Shown here piece after piece: positions 45,710 through 56,118 of a stretch of 64,000 nucleotides of DNA (its first letter is position 1; each line of letters starts with the position of its first letter). The DNA comes from a virus. The notes beneath the pieces are model-generated. The model had not been told where the DNA came from and made no database searches. It was given only the letters and a program-made list of their open reading frames with translations. Both the position numbers and the translations under genes were made by a program. The DNA lies in the IMG/VR virus record IMGVR_UViG_3300044632_001319. One strand, given 5' to 3'.

Positions 45710-48037
45710 ATGGCATTCAATACCACTATAAATCAACTCACAGGAACCTCTACCTTTTTCGATTGGTTCAACAAAGAAAATAATGAAATTATTTCTAAAC
45801 TAAATCAATGCACAGTTTCTGGTGTAACAAGTGGTGATGGTGTTCTTGCATCATTGAATGCTTCCTCTGGATTAGTCACATTAAGCATTGGTGGAACCTC
45901 TGGAACAATAACAACTGGACTTAGTTTTGCGGGAGATGTTTCATTCTTAGGTGAAGCAGTCCTGCCAAACACCTCGTTTAAGATTACAGGAATAACATCA
46001 GGTTCTCCAGGATATAGTTTTGGATCTGTAGTCAAGATATCCTCATCTGGATACACACTTGCTAGAGCAAACGATCCAGATTCGGCAGAAGTTGTTGGTG
46101 TTTTATCTTCATTCGACACAACATATTCTGTTGTTACACTCACGGGAAGAATAGATGGCAATTTTACAAATGTTGCTGGTGGAACTCTTTCTCCTGGTTG
46201 CATTTACTTCTTAAGTCCCACCGCAAGAGGAAATATAACAACCACAGAACCAACTACGATTGGTTATGTTTCTAAACCAGTAATTCTTGGTCTAGGAGAA
46301 ACCGCTGGATTGGTCTTACAATATAGAGGCAACTATTTAAATGGTTCTATAAGCGGTGCTGGTGGTTCTGGTGGCAATAGAATATATTTCACATTACCAG
46401 CATCATCAAATCCTGGAACTTATGGATTCTCTGCTGGATACTTCTTATCATATGCGAAAGAACAATTAGACGGCAACACATTCATGCACAAATTTTTGGT
46501 TGACACTGGAAGAACTTCAATCAATGGTTGGTTCTTGAGTGCTGCAAACGATGTTGCATTTCCATTAGGTGCTGGAAATTATGGTCCAATGCCAGGTGAG
46601 GAAGAATTTATAGTAGGTATGGTTGAATCTATCACGACAAGTGGATCAGATTTGATATATCAACTTATCACTAATGGTCAAACTACAGTAATACCATATA
46701 GCATATCATCATACGCTTCATCTAAAGTAGGAACATGGTTTGTCTCTGGAACAACTTATGCAATTGCTCCTGCTGGAATAACACAAATAGTACCAACACA
46801 AATTGGAGCATATAACCCAGGAACTAAAGTTGGTATGGTATTTGATTCAAGTGTGCCAAACTGGTATGTTGATATAAAGAAAGTAGAAATTAGAACAGCA
46901 GGATCTCCTGTAAATATCAACAACACAACAAATGTTTACGATGTGTTAACTGATTCCACAAACTATGCATATAATGGAGATTTTTCAATATGGCAAAGAA
47001 ATGTGGGAAGAGATTCGGTATACAATAATAAAAATAGCACATACTTTGCTGATGGTTGGATTTTTAGACAAAATAATATCGATGCAGGAAGTGTTCAAAC
47101 ACTACAAAGACAAACACTTTCATCTGTAAGTACAGAAGTTGAAACTAATCCAGATTATTATATTGACATTAAATGTGTTGCTGCTCCAGCTGGTGCTAAT
47201 CCCGAAAACGGAGAGCATTCAATAGGTCATGTCATTGAAAATATTAAAACATTCAACGGCACTACAATTACAGTAAGTTTCTATGCAAAATGTGCTTTAT
47301 CTGGATATAGTCTAGATGTTTATCTTGCAAGGTATTCTGCTGGGTCTAGAATAAGAAAATACACAATCGACACAGTTGATGTCACCACTTCTTGGAAGAA
47401 ATATACACTTCAATACGAAGTGCCCGAACTAAATGCAAGTCCACCATTCACAGACGATTATCTTGAAATTGGTGTAGACCTTATTCCTTCGGTGAAGAAA
47501 GCATATGATCTTTCTTTATCTACTGGAACAAATATTACATTCAGTATAGCATCATTCAATGTGTTTGAGGGTGCATATAAGAATCCATTCCACAAATTTG
47601 AAAAATATGAAGAGAAGTTGAAGAAGGCACAACGATTCTACTACACAACATATACATCGGGTCAAACTATTGCAACACCCACTATGTCTGAGCAAGATGA
47701 ACCAGCACTAAACTGCCATAACTTCACATATCTCCCCAATGCTCCTTTCTCAATATTGAAACTTCCTGTTGAGCAAAAGAAAACTCCAACTGTAAGTGTA
47801 TATTCTCCAAAGACAGGACTTGCTCCAGAATTATACAATTATACAGCAAAAAGAGATCTAAGAAATGCTGGAAGAACCATTGGATTTAATGGTCAAATAA
47901 GAACACCAGTATTGAATTCTTTATCTGTCGCGACCAAAGAAGACACAACTTCAATTAGATTGAATATTGGTCCAGGCGCTGTACATTATGATGTTTTATT
48001 CTGCCAGTTAGTATCAGATGCAAGTTATCCAATTTAA
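45710..48037 (+). CDS. Tail fibre/baseplate-associated protein with carbohydrate-binding-like C-terminal domain
   Basis: TF.DW..K.NE N-terminus; NGDFSIWQR...ADGW...TVSFYAK...QRFY fibre pattern. Confidence 0.7.
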   Translation: MAFNTTINQLTGTSTFFDWFNKENNEIISKLNQCTVSGVTSGDGVLASLNASSGLVTLSIGGTSGTITTGLSFAGDVSFLGEAVLPNTSFKITGITSGSPGYSFGSVVKISSSGYTLARANDPDSAEVVGVLSSFDTTYSVVTLTGRIDGNFTNVAGGTLSPGCIYFLSPTARGNITTTEPTTIGYVSKPVILGLGETAGLVLQYRGNYLNGSISGAGGSGGNRIYFTLPASSNPGTYGFSAGYFLSYAKEQLDGNTFMHKFLVDTGRTSINGWFLSAANDVAFPLGAGNYGPMPGEEEFIVGMVESITTSGSDLIYQLITNGQTTVIPYSISSYASSKVGTWFVSGTTYAIAPAGITQIVPTQIGAYNPGTKVGMVFDSSVPNWYVDIKKVEIRTAGSPVNINNTTNVYDVLTDSTNYAYNGDFSIWQRNVGRDSVYNNKNSTYFADGWIFRQNNIDAGSVQTLQRQTLSSVSTEVETNPDYYIDIKCVAAPAGANPENGEHSIGHVIENIKTFNGTTITVSFYAKCALSGYSLDVYLARYSAGSRIRKYTIDTVDVTTSWKKYTLQYEVPELNASPPFTDDYLEIGVDLIPSVKKAYDLSLSTGTNITFSIASFNVFEGAYKNPFHKFEKYEEKLKKAQRFYYTTYTSGQTIATPTMSEQDEPALNCHNFTYLPNAPFSILKLPVEQKKTPTVSVYSPKTGLAPELYNYTAKRDLRNAGRTIGFNGQIRTPVLNSLSVATKEDTTSIRLNIGPGAVHYDVLFCQLVSDASYPI

Positions 48038-48048
48038 CGGAGTAATAC

Positions 48049-49179
48049 ATGCCAAGTTGCAGCAATAGTTCCAATATTAGTTCATCGATAAACACATTAA
48101 GTGTTGCCCAGGGTGGTTCACGTTTATTGGTTTCAGTACCATTAGTCGCTGGATTGACATTAGGAAATGTAATTAGATATGATATTTCTACTTCAGGATA
48201 CACTGCATCTAGAGCAAACCTTGCTGAAAATTCAGAGGTATTTGGAGTTATTGAAAGTTATGATTCAGTTTCTTCTAGATTCGGTGTTGTTTTATATGGT
48301 TCTATAACTTTAGATTCTTCTAAATTTGCTGACATGGGTAGTGGTGGTGGTTCTGGCGGAAATGATATTTACTTTTTAAGTGGTCAAACTGCTGGCATTT
48401 TGCAAAATTTAGCACCAACAAATTTAAACCATATCGTAAAACCAGTATATCAAGTTTCTCCACATGGATCGTACACGGGTGTAGTTGTCAACTACCTAGG
48501 ATATAAAATAGGTGGAGATATTCAAGCAGCATTTACCGACAATGAGTCTTTGGGAAATATTCAAATTGTTGTTGGAGATACAACATTCGATGAGGGATAT
48601 GTTGATGCATCAATCTCACACGAATTGCCAGTTGCAGATTACCCAGAATACTACTCAAAGTTTGGAACTGCTTATGGATACGTTGAAAGATTAACTGTAA
48701 GCGAGAGTGTTCCAGGATCGATAGTATCTACTCTAACTGCAACACAAAGCACTTCATCATATACAGGAAAAGTTGTTTCTGTCGATTATGCAAATAAATA
48801 CATTTATGTGTTTAAGAATCCAGCAACATCTTTATCATCAACAAACAAACAAATTTCAATTGCAACTAGTGGAACGACCTCAACTAAACTGACAGTCACA
48901 TCTAGTTCAATATATTCAGTTTACACTCCAGTTGTTACAATCAATCAACCATTAACGGTTTCTGGTAAAAATGGAGAAAATCTGACAGTATCACAAAAAA
49001 TTAAAATTGGTCTGAAAGTAAAACCACTCGGTGTACAAGTGACCGTCCCAACAAATGTTACCGCTTCATCTCTAACAGCAACAGTGTTGAAAGTTGGTAC
49101 GAGTGAAGATAATGTTGAAACAATATTAGATGATTTCGAGTCAAGAATTTCTGCGATTGAAACGCGATTGAGAATGTAA
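48049..49179 (+). CDS. Virion fibre-associated protein
   Basis: Shares YT.ARAN....EV.GV / IYFLS / KPV / YxG module with 45710; C-terminal coiled coil. Confidence 0.65.
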   Translation: MPSCSNSSNISSSINTLSVAQGGSRLLVSVPLVAGLTLGNVIRYDISTSGYTASRANLAENSEVFGVIESYDSVSSRFGVVLYGSITLDSSKFADMGSGGGSGGNDIYFLSGQTAGILQNLAPTNLNHIVKPVYQVSPHGSYTGVVVNYLGYKIGGDIQAAFTDNESLGNIQIVVGDTTFDEGYVDASISHELPVADYPEYYSKFGTAYGYVERLTVSESVPGSIVSTLTATQSTSSYTGKVVSVDYANKYIYVFKNPATSLSSTNKQISIATSGTTSTKLTVTSSSIYSVYTPVVTINQPLTVSGKNGENLTVSQKIKIGLKVKPLGVQVTVPTNVTASSLTATVLKVGTSEDNVETILDDFESRISAIETRLRM

Positions 49180-49180
49180 A

Positions 49181-52100
49181 ATGATATACGGAAGTAGTCC
49201 ATACACACAAAGAAATATAGTAGGCACAACAGGACCAACAGGAAACACTGGACCAACTGGTTCAACTGGAAATGATGGCAATCCTGGCGCAACTGGTAGA
49301 ACAGGAAATACTGGTGGTGATGTAATTGGTATCACACTAGCAAATAATACTGTAATTACTACATTTTCTGACAATACTAGTTTTGTAGGATCAAATATAA
49401 TTGGAGAAACTGGATCCTATTATATCTTCGTCGGTGCTGAAAACGTTTCGGGTGATGGCATTCCTCTTGTATCGGGTGTTTCATATGAATACAGCAACAC
49501 ATCAGCAGTAGGATCTGTTCGTGTAAGAGGATTTACGACTTCATCTTCTAGAGAAGGTGCTGCTGTAGTCAAAATTAATTCAGATGTAGATTCTAATTTA
49601 TTAGATATAACTTATAATCTTAATAATATCAAGTATCTTGGTATTTCTGGTGGAATAGATGGTCAACTAGTAGTATACAGAACAGGAACAGAATTTTATG
49701 GTCTGTCTGGAACAAACTACGATCCAGATACGCAGACAGTTGATTTGCAATTCATGAACTATGGTGAGCGTGTACACTACGTTCAACCAACAAAGAAAAC
49801 AATATATGATTCTAATGGTGCTGCTACCATCGGCAGATATTTTTACTGGAGTATAGATTGGGAAAAGGCAAATATTTTTGTTCTAAACAAATATACACCC
49901 ACTGGCGGAGAACGTGTAGATGCTCAAATTTTACTGTTCAGAAATCCACCATCTGGAGATGTTGCTAAAGGCATAACAGTTATTATTCCTTCTGGAATAA
50001 CTTCTTCATCTGAAGTTTTAACACAATATGCCGTTACGGATAATCTTAATGATGGTGTAACTTTAGACACTGGAAATTATGATATATCATGGCCATTGTC
50101 GTATCCACCCTGTCTAACTACTGGCACTGACGTAATCAATATGATATCTTTGGATAACATTTGGTATGCAAACTTTGGTGTTTATAGTGGAAGCAGTGAG
50201 CAAGTAGAATGGAATGCAAACTATGCAAATTGTTTAGAATCCATTAATCTTTCAGATTATCAATACGTTCCACCAGAAGACGGTGGCAATGGTGGTGGTG
50301 GAGGAGGCGGTGGTGGAGGTGGTGGTGGAGGTGGTAGTAGTTTCTGCAAAACACCCACCACAATAGGATTATGTTGTATTGCTTGTGATGCTGGCGATTC
50401 ATTTGTTACCACTTGTTCAAATTGTGAACCATATGTTGCACAGGGAGTAGCTCAGTTTTTCCCAGAACAAAGTGATGGATATGCTGGATGTACGGCAGAA
50501 GATGCAACTAGAGGCGTTTGCTGCTATCGAAATGCTGCTGGTACTATAGTTAAAAATAATGATCCTGCTGGTGTTAGACTATGCGATTGTACAAGATTGG
50601 CATCAGATTACGCTGGAAGTCAATGGTTTAGATGGACAGAATTCAGTACATGTGTACCAAACATAAATGCAATAAACTGTCAGGATACTTTTGATGGGTT
50701 TGGAGCATGTTGTGATGGTTTAGGAAATTGCGCAAGAGATAGACAAACAACATGTGAGTCCAGTGGAAGATATTGGCAAGGTATTGGTAGACCCTGCACA
50801 TACAATGATGGATTTACAGATGTGCAAACTTGTAGAAGTGGATCTGGTGCTTGTTGCGTTTCAGGCACATGTACTGGTAACGTCAATGGTGAAACTTGTA
50901 TAAGTTCTGGTGGTAAATACTTTGGATGTCAAATTCCTTGTGCCAATTACGAATGTATTTCAGCATATCGTGGTTGCTGTGCTAGTGAATCAGATCCATT
51001 TATAGTTGAGCAACACTGGCAAGGAACGACACCACTTCCAAACAACTGGGCATTTGAACAGAGTGGTGCAAATCTTGCAGGAACTGGAACAATAGCACAC
51101 GAATTGAAAGTTGGAGATGAATTTGCTGGAGGAATTGTTGCTGGAATATTTAAACCAAAAGGAACAAGATGTTTTGGAAACACTGCATTTGGTGGATATC
51201 CTCCTCAGTTTATTCCACCAGCAAACAATAACACAGCTCAATCACAACAACTCTTTAATTTTTTAAATAATGGTGCAGAAAAGTCGTGTGACTACTATTT
51301 TAGTCAATATGATCCCTCTGGATATGGGTTTACACTAGAAAATGGTCATAACGGTGACGATGATGCTTGGTTGCTGATTGTTAGTAAGTTTCCAGTCATA
51401 ATCGAACAAAGATATTGTGCTACCTCGAATAATTTTCAAACAGCTCAACATATAGCATATATTGCGCCAAGTTTATTTAATTCTACACCAGCAATACCAA
51501 CTGCGGCAAATATTGAAAATGCAACTCCTACAGTTATCAATGAAGATAATAACAGTTTTAGAACAATATATTCTAAAAACTTTAGATTAACACATGGTGG
51601 AACTGCATTCTCTTCAATCGCTTTGGATAACTTTGCAAGCACAGCACCAGCATTATCTGAATCCACAAGATCTAATTTTACAATATGCGATACAAATCAT
51701 CAAGGATCGAATCTTACACATGATGGTGTGTATGGTACAACTCCAGGTGCAACATATTGGGCAAACACCATAGCATTTAATGGATGCTCTGATACACCAT
51801 ATACATGCAACGAATGTGCTGATTATCCATTCGTTAGATCCAGAAGAGGTTGGACTTCAACAAAGGGTGGGATGAATGGAAACTTCAGTAGAAACTGGGG
51901 TCTATTTAACACAATAAGAATTATAAATTCTGATCTTGCCGAATATTATCTTGCATCTGGAAATGGATTATTCCCAAATGGAAATAAATCTTTATATGGT
52001 GGAAGAGCATATATTAGTGAGGCAGATCCTGGATTTACTGGAATATTTCAAGCACTTCAATCACCACCAACAACAAGTTTAAATTATCAACAAACAACTG

Positions 52101-53044
52101 CTGGTGAAGGTTGTTCGATATGGAATCGTTATTATTATCCATCAGATCTTCCTCCAACAGTTTCTGAAATTGGTGCACCAATAAATCCATTAAATCTCGC
52201 GAAACAATATGTTCCATTTACTGGACCAGAAACGAAATATAATTTAGGGTTTGGTAATAATGGTTGGTTAGGAATTCTCTATCCTCAACTCTCTCGTTGG
52301 TATATTCCCAGCATAGATGAATTGTCATTTATCGCAAGTAGATGTTTAGATCCAAACGTTAACTTGCAGCAGAAAATACAAGATGCATCTGGTATTCGCA
52401 TTGGAAATATTTTCTTGAATTCGAATACAGGAGCAAATGCTGCTGGTGCTGGACTGACTGGTTGGGTTTGGTCATCAACAATAACGTTTAATGAAACAGT
52501 ACCTGGTCAGTATCTACAAGGATCTGGTTCTGTAAATGGTATCACCGCATCATCACCTCAACCACTGAGTGGAACAAACGTAACAGTAGATGGGTTCCAA
52601 CAAAATTATTCTGCTGGTCAAATCACTGCATCACAATTCAGTAAAGCATGGGCATTAAAATTTGATACTGGAACAACCACCACACTACCAAATCCAAACG
52701 GATTTAAAGTAATGAAAAGAAATGACAGTAAACAAGGAAATGACAATGTCAATAATCGATTTGAACTTCGACTTGTTCGTCAAATTCGTTGCGATAGAAA
52801 ATTTTATTGGAACGGTGATAATCCAAGATACAGAAACACATTCTGGGCAGTTCCTAGATTGACTCCATCAGATGTAACTACTGGTAATTTTTATTCTCAT
52901 AGTGGAAATGCTTTATCAGTAACTGCACCCCCATGGCCTGGCAATGGTATTATTGCTCCACCAAATACATTACTGAATGGATTGTTCAATAATTTAAATT
53001 CATTCGTTGGCACTATACATAAAAATAGTATGAGAACTAATTAA
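49181..53044 (+). CDS. Collagen-like / Cys-rich / DUF1566-like tail fibre protein 1
   Basis: MIYGSS, GxT triplets, poly-Gly, GACC repeats, GDEFAGG...WYIPSIDEL...WSST. Confidence 0.75.
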   Translation: MIYGSSPYTQRNIVGTTGPTGNTGPTGSTGNDGNPGATGRTGNTGGDVIGITLANNTVITTFSDNTSFVGSNIIGETGSYYIFVGAENVSGDGIPLVSGVSYEYSNTSAVGSVRVRGFTTSSSREGAAVVKINSDVDSNLLDITYNLNNIKYLGISGGIDGQLVVYRTGTEFYGLSGTNYDPDTQTVDLQFMNYGERVHYVQPTKKTIYDSNGAATIGRYFYWSIDWEKANIFVLNKYTPTGGERVDAQILLFRNPPSGDVAKGITVIIPSGITSSSEVLTQYAVTDNLNDGVTLDTGNYDISWPLSYPPCLTTGTDVINMISLDNIWYANFGVYSGSSEQVEWNANYANCLESINLSDYQYVPPEDGGNGGGGGGGGGGGGGGGSSFCKTPTTIGLCCIACDAGDSFVTTCSNCEPYVAQGVAQFFPEQSDGYAGCTAEDATRGVCCYRNAAGTIVKNNDPAGVRLCDCTRLASDYAGSQWFRWTEFSTCVPNINAINCQDTFDGFGACCDGLGNCARDRQTTCESSGRYWQGIGRPCTYNDGFTDVQTCRSGSGACCVSGTCTGNVNGETCISSGGKYFGCQIPCANYECISAYRGCCASESDPFIVEQHWQGTTPLPNNWAFEQSGANLAGTGTIAHELKVGDEFAGGIVAGIFKPKGTRCFGNTAFGGYPPQFIPPANNNTAQSQQLFNFLNNGAEKSCDYYFSQYDPSGYGFTLENGHNGDDDAWLLIVSKFPVIIEQRYCATSNNFQTAQHIAYIAPSLFNSTPAIPTAANIENATPTVINEDNNSFRTIYSKNFRLTHGGTAFSSIALDNFASTAPALSESTRSNFTICDTNHQGSNLTHDGVYGTTPGATYWANTIAFNGCSDTPYTCNECADYPFVRSRRGWTSTKGGMNGNFSRNWGLFNTIRIINSDLAEYYLASGNGLFPNGNKSLYGGRAYISEADPGFTGIFQALQSPPTTSLNYQQTTAGEGCSIWNRYYYPSDLPPTVSEIGAPINPLNLAKQYVPFTGPETKYNLGFGNNGWLGILYPQLSRWYIPSIDELSFIASRCLDPNVNLQQKIQDASGIRIGNIFLNSNTGANAAGAGLTGWVWSSTITFNETVPGQYLQGSGSVNGITASSPQPLSGTNVTVDGFQQNYSAGQITASQFSKAWALKFDTGTTTTLPNPNGFKVMKRNDSKQGNDNVNNRFELRLVRQIRCDRKFYWNGDNPRYRNTFWAVPRLTPSDVTTGNFYSHSGNALSVTAPPWPGNGIIAPPNTLLNGLFNNLNSFVGTIHKNSMRTN

Positions 53045-56000
53045 TGATATACGGTTCATCTAGAATAACTCAAATTGTAACTGGAAATATTCCAAATGCA
53101 GTTCCAGGAAACACTGGACCTACTGGTCCTACTGGTCCTACTGGATCAACTGGTGCTACGGGTTTGGATGGTTCAATTGGTCCCACGGGTGCAGGAATTA
53201 CTGGTGCTACTGGTTCTGGAATAGGCATAACTTTAATTGCAAATAATGTTGCATATGGATTTACTGGTCTAAAAGGATCTGCTGGTGTTTCCAGTGGAGA
53301 TGAAACCTATAGAATTATTGGACTTGGTATTGTAAACCAAGATGTTTCTGCAAATATCGTATATGGCGAAACTGTTTCTTTGGGTGCTGGTCAAACTGCC
53401 TTATTCAAAGGCATAACGATATCAGGGCAAATACCAATACCAATTGCTAATTTTGTTGGTGTGAGCTCAAATAATGTTTCTACATTTTATATTTACGGTG
53501 CAACAGTACCAAATGCGAATTTTCCAATTGGTAATACTGGGGAATTATTGTATGTAAATAGCGAAGCAGGATTTGGAATTTCTCCACTTAAAGCATCAAG
53601 TGCTCCAAACACAAAGTGGGTTCCAGATGAAAGACAACTGATCATAGATCAAAACTTTACAAGAGAACCAATATATCAAAATAAAAATTGGACTACAGTT
53701 GGTGCTCCAGAATTTCAATTTACAAACACACCAGGTGCATTCTCTTATTACGCAACACTCGGGTCTGCTACATTTGGTACAGCACTGATACAAAATACAA
53801 TATATCCAAATTTTATTTTCTATTCGGGTGCTGGAATATATGGATTGGAAAATGATCCAAATACAGATACAATAAGTTTAGGTCAATCAATTATAATTGG
53901 ACTTACTAGTGGTAAAACATTTGAAAAAATTAATTTCATAGGAACCACTGGTATTTCATATTCAAACACATACAAACCACAATCAGTTTCTCGCGATAAT
54001 ATAGGATCTTGCTGTTTCTGTTCTGTAGAAGCAACAAATAAAATATGTGTTGATTATGTTACCTCAGAATTTTGCACTGCGGTATCTGGTGTATTCAATT
54101 CTGAATCATGTAATGATAGAACAAGTGGATCTGATTGTTTTGTGGAAGGTGCTTGCTGTATATACGATATAGAATTAGGTACAGTAAGATGCATAAACAC
54201 TACAAAGGAAAAATGCACACTCTTCAATGGTTCATTCAACGAAACTAAATCTTGCAACAATGTATGGGTAAACGGTCAACTGTTCACATGTCCCACCAAC
54301 TTCTGCAACGCTGGAACTAGACAACTAGGAAAATGTTGTGTTCAGGGCAGATGTTTTAGTCTAACACAAGCAGATTGCTCGTCAATATTTGGAGCATCAT
54401 TCACACCAGGACCAACATGCATTTCAGAACTAAACGATCCAACGTGCTGTGGTAAACTTGAACTAAATGGTGCTTGCTGTGTGCAAGGCAATTGTGTCAA
54501 CAATGTATCACCAGCACAATGTGCAAACGCATATAATGGAATATTTCAAGGTTCTGGATCAAAATGCAGTGAAGTTTCTTGCTGTGGTTATTCGTTCTCA
54601 GATGATTATTTTAGAGGTGTGTGTGCTGAATCTTGCAAAGCACTCGGTTCGCAACAAATATACTCTTGCCTAAATGTTGGAGATAAAATAGGTGGTGGTT
54701 ATTTTGTTGGATTTGTTGGTATGCCAAATCCATGTGATGAATATAATCAACCACTATTAGCATACGGTGAACCACTGGAATGTATGATATTCCCACGCGG
54801 AAATCTTACAAATGTTCCAAGTTGGTATTTAAAGACATGCAAAGGAACAAATCCAAATACAAATTCTGGATGTATAGAATATTTTGCTAGAACATATCCA
54901 GAGATATTACCAAAGAGTTCATTGACATCTAGATGTCTACTAAAAGCAGGAGTTCCATTTGTGCAGCAAGCGTATGCATTAAATGGAATTACATGGCCTA
55001 GTGAAACACTTTTCGAAGGTGGATTTGCATATAATCCAAATCGTGGTACACACTCTTATTCGCTGATTGGTTCTGGTCTTGCCGTAGAATACTTGGATGG
55101 AACAGAAGATAATCTGTACAGATATCTTGCGAGCAGGGTGTATGGAAATTCTAGCATTCATGTGCTGTGGGCATTGATTGTTGCACCAGAAGACGTTGAA
55201 ATATCTGGTGGAAGAGCACTTTCATGGGGCATGATGCAGGGATGTGTAAATGCAAACTCAAGTGGTGAACCAGTTCAAATTGTGAACGAAGAAATACCAA
55301 CATATCCAGTCGATGGTTTGCTGACAACAAGAATACACGATGCAACATCCAAAGAAAATCCACAGTATTGGTACAGAGGCACAACAGATACAAATGCATA
55401 CAATAGATTCAACTTTGGCAACGGTCCTGCTTGGGAATTTAATGTAAGTGCAGAATCAATAAACAACAATATCAATGAATTTAAATCAGCATATTCTGAT
55501 ATGTGGGATAGAAAAAATCCACTAGATTCTGCTATAAGACAAATATCAATCATCAATCAGAATAATCTCTATGGTCATAATGATTGGTATATTCCAAGCA
55601 TCACGGAACTAAATTATATTTACAGTAACGTTGCAAAACTAAATGCAGCACTTGCAGTAAATGGAGAACAGATACTTGGAGGAGACGAGTATTGGAGTTC
55701 TACAAGCGTAAGTAGATTACAATATTGGGATCCTGCTGAACCATTAAATAAAGATTTATATTCTCTAGAACCAATTAACTCACAGTTAGAACCATACCTA
55801 AGTTCAACAAGATTAACATCTACTAATAATAATTTCAATCTAAATGAAGATTCTGCTTATAAGTTCACACTGGCAGTATCAAACGGTCAGAAGATGTTAA
55901 CACAGACCTTTAATAATTTAAACCAGAATGCTTCGGGTAGAATGAATTCAAGAAGCAGATCAAGCAAGATTGCTAATCTCAGAGCAGTAAGAAGAATACC

Positions 56001-56118
56001 ATTGGTTGTAACATGTGGTGGTTTTTATTATAGCGACAACATTCTAAATACTTATTGGAAATCTGGAACAACTGGTTGTTCATCTTGCTTAGATCATGTT
56101 GAAGGAATTTGTCCATGA
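53044..56118 (+). CDS. Collagen-like / Cys-rich / DUF1566-like tail fibre protein 2
   Basis: MIYGSS, GPTGPT, GACC repeats, LIVAP...WYIPSITEL...YWSST...RAVRR. Confidence 0.75.
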   Translation: MIYGSSRITQIVTGNIPNAVPGNTGPTGPTGPTGSTGATGLDGSIGPTGAGITGATGSGIGITLIANNVAYGFTGLKGSAGVSSGDETYRIIGLGIVNQDVSANIVYGETVSLGAGQTALFKGITISGQIPIPIANFVGVSSNNVSTFYIYGATVPNANFPIGNTGELLYVNSEAGFGISPLKASSAPNTKWVPDERQLIIDQNFTREPIYQNKNWTTVGAPEFQFTNTPGAFSYYATLGSATFGTALIQNTIYPNFIFYSGAGIYGLENDPNTDTISLGQSIIIGLTSGKTFEKINFIGTTGISYSNTYKPQSVSRDNIGSCCFCSVEATNKICVDYVTSEFCTAVSGVFNSESCNDRTSGSDCFVEGACCIYDIELGTVRCINTTKEKCTLFNGSFNETKSCNNVWVNGQLFTCPTNFCNAGTRQLGKCCVQGRCFSLTQADCSSIFGASFTPGPTCISELNDPTCCGKLELNGACCVQGNCVNNVSPAQCANAYNGIFQGSGSKCSEVSCCGYSFSDDYFRGVCAESCKALGSQQIYSCLNVGDKIGGGYFVGFVGMPNPCDEYNQPLLAYGEPLECMIFPRGNLTNVPSWYLKTCKGTNPNTNSGCIEYFARTYPEILPKSSLTSRCLLKAGVPFVQQAYALNGITWPSETLFEGGFAYNPNRGTHSYSLIGSGLAVEYLDGTEDNLYRYLASRVYGNSSIHVLWALIVAPEDVEISGGRALSWGMMQGCVNANSSGEPVQIVNEEIPTYPVDGLLTTRIHDATSKENPQYWYRGTTDTNAYNRFNFGNGPAWEFNVSAESINNNINEFKSAYSDMWDRKNPLDSAIRQISIINQNNLYGHNDWYIPSITELNYIYSNVAKLNAALAVNGEQILGGDEYWSSTSVSRLQYWDPAEPLNKDLYSLEPINSQLEPYLSSTRLTSTNNNFNLNEDSAYKFTLAVSNGQKMLTQTFNNLNQNASGRMNSRSRSSKIANLRAVRRIPLVVTCGGFYYSDNILNTYWKSGTTGCSSCLDHVEGICP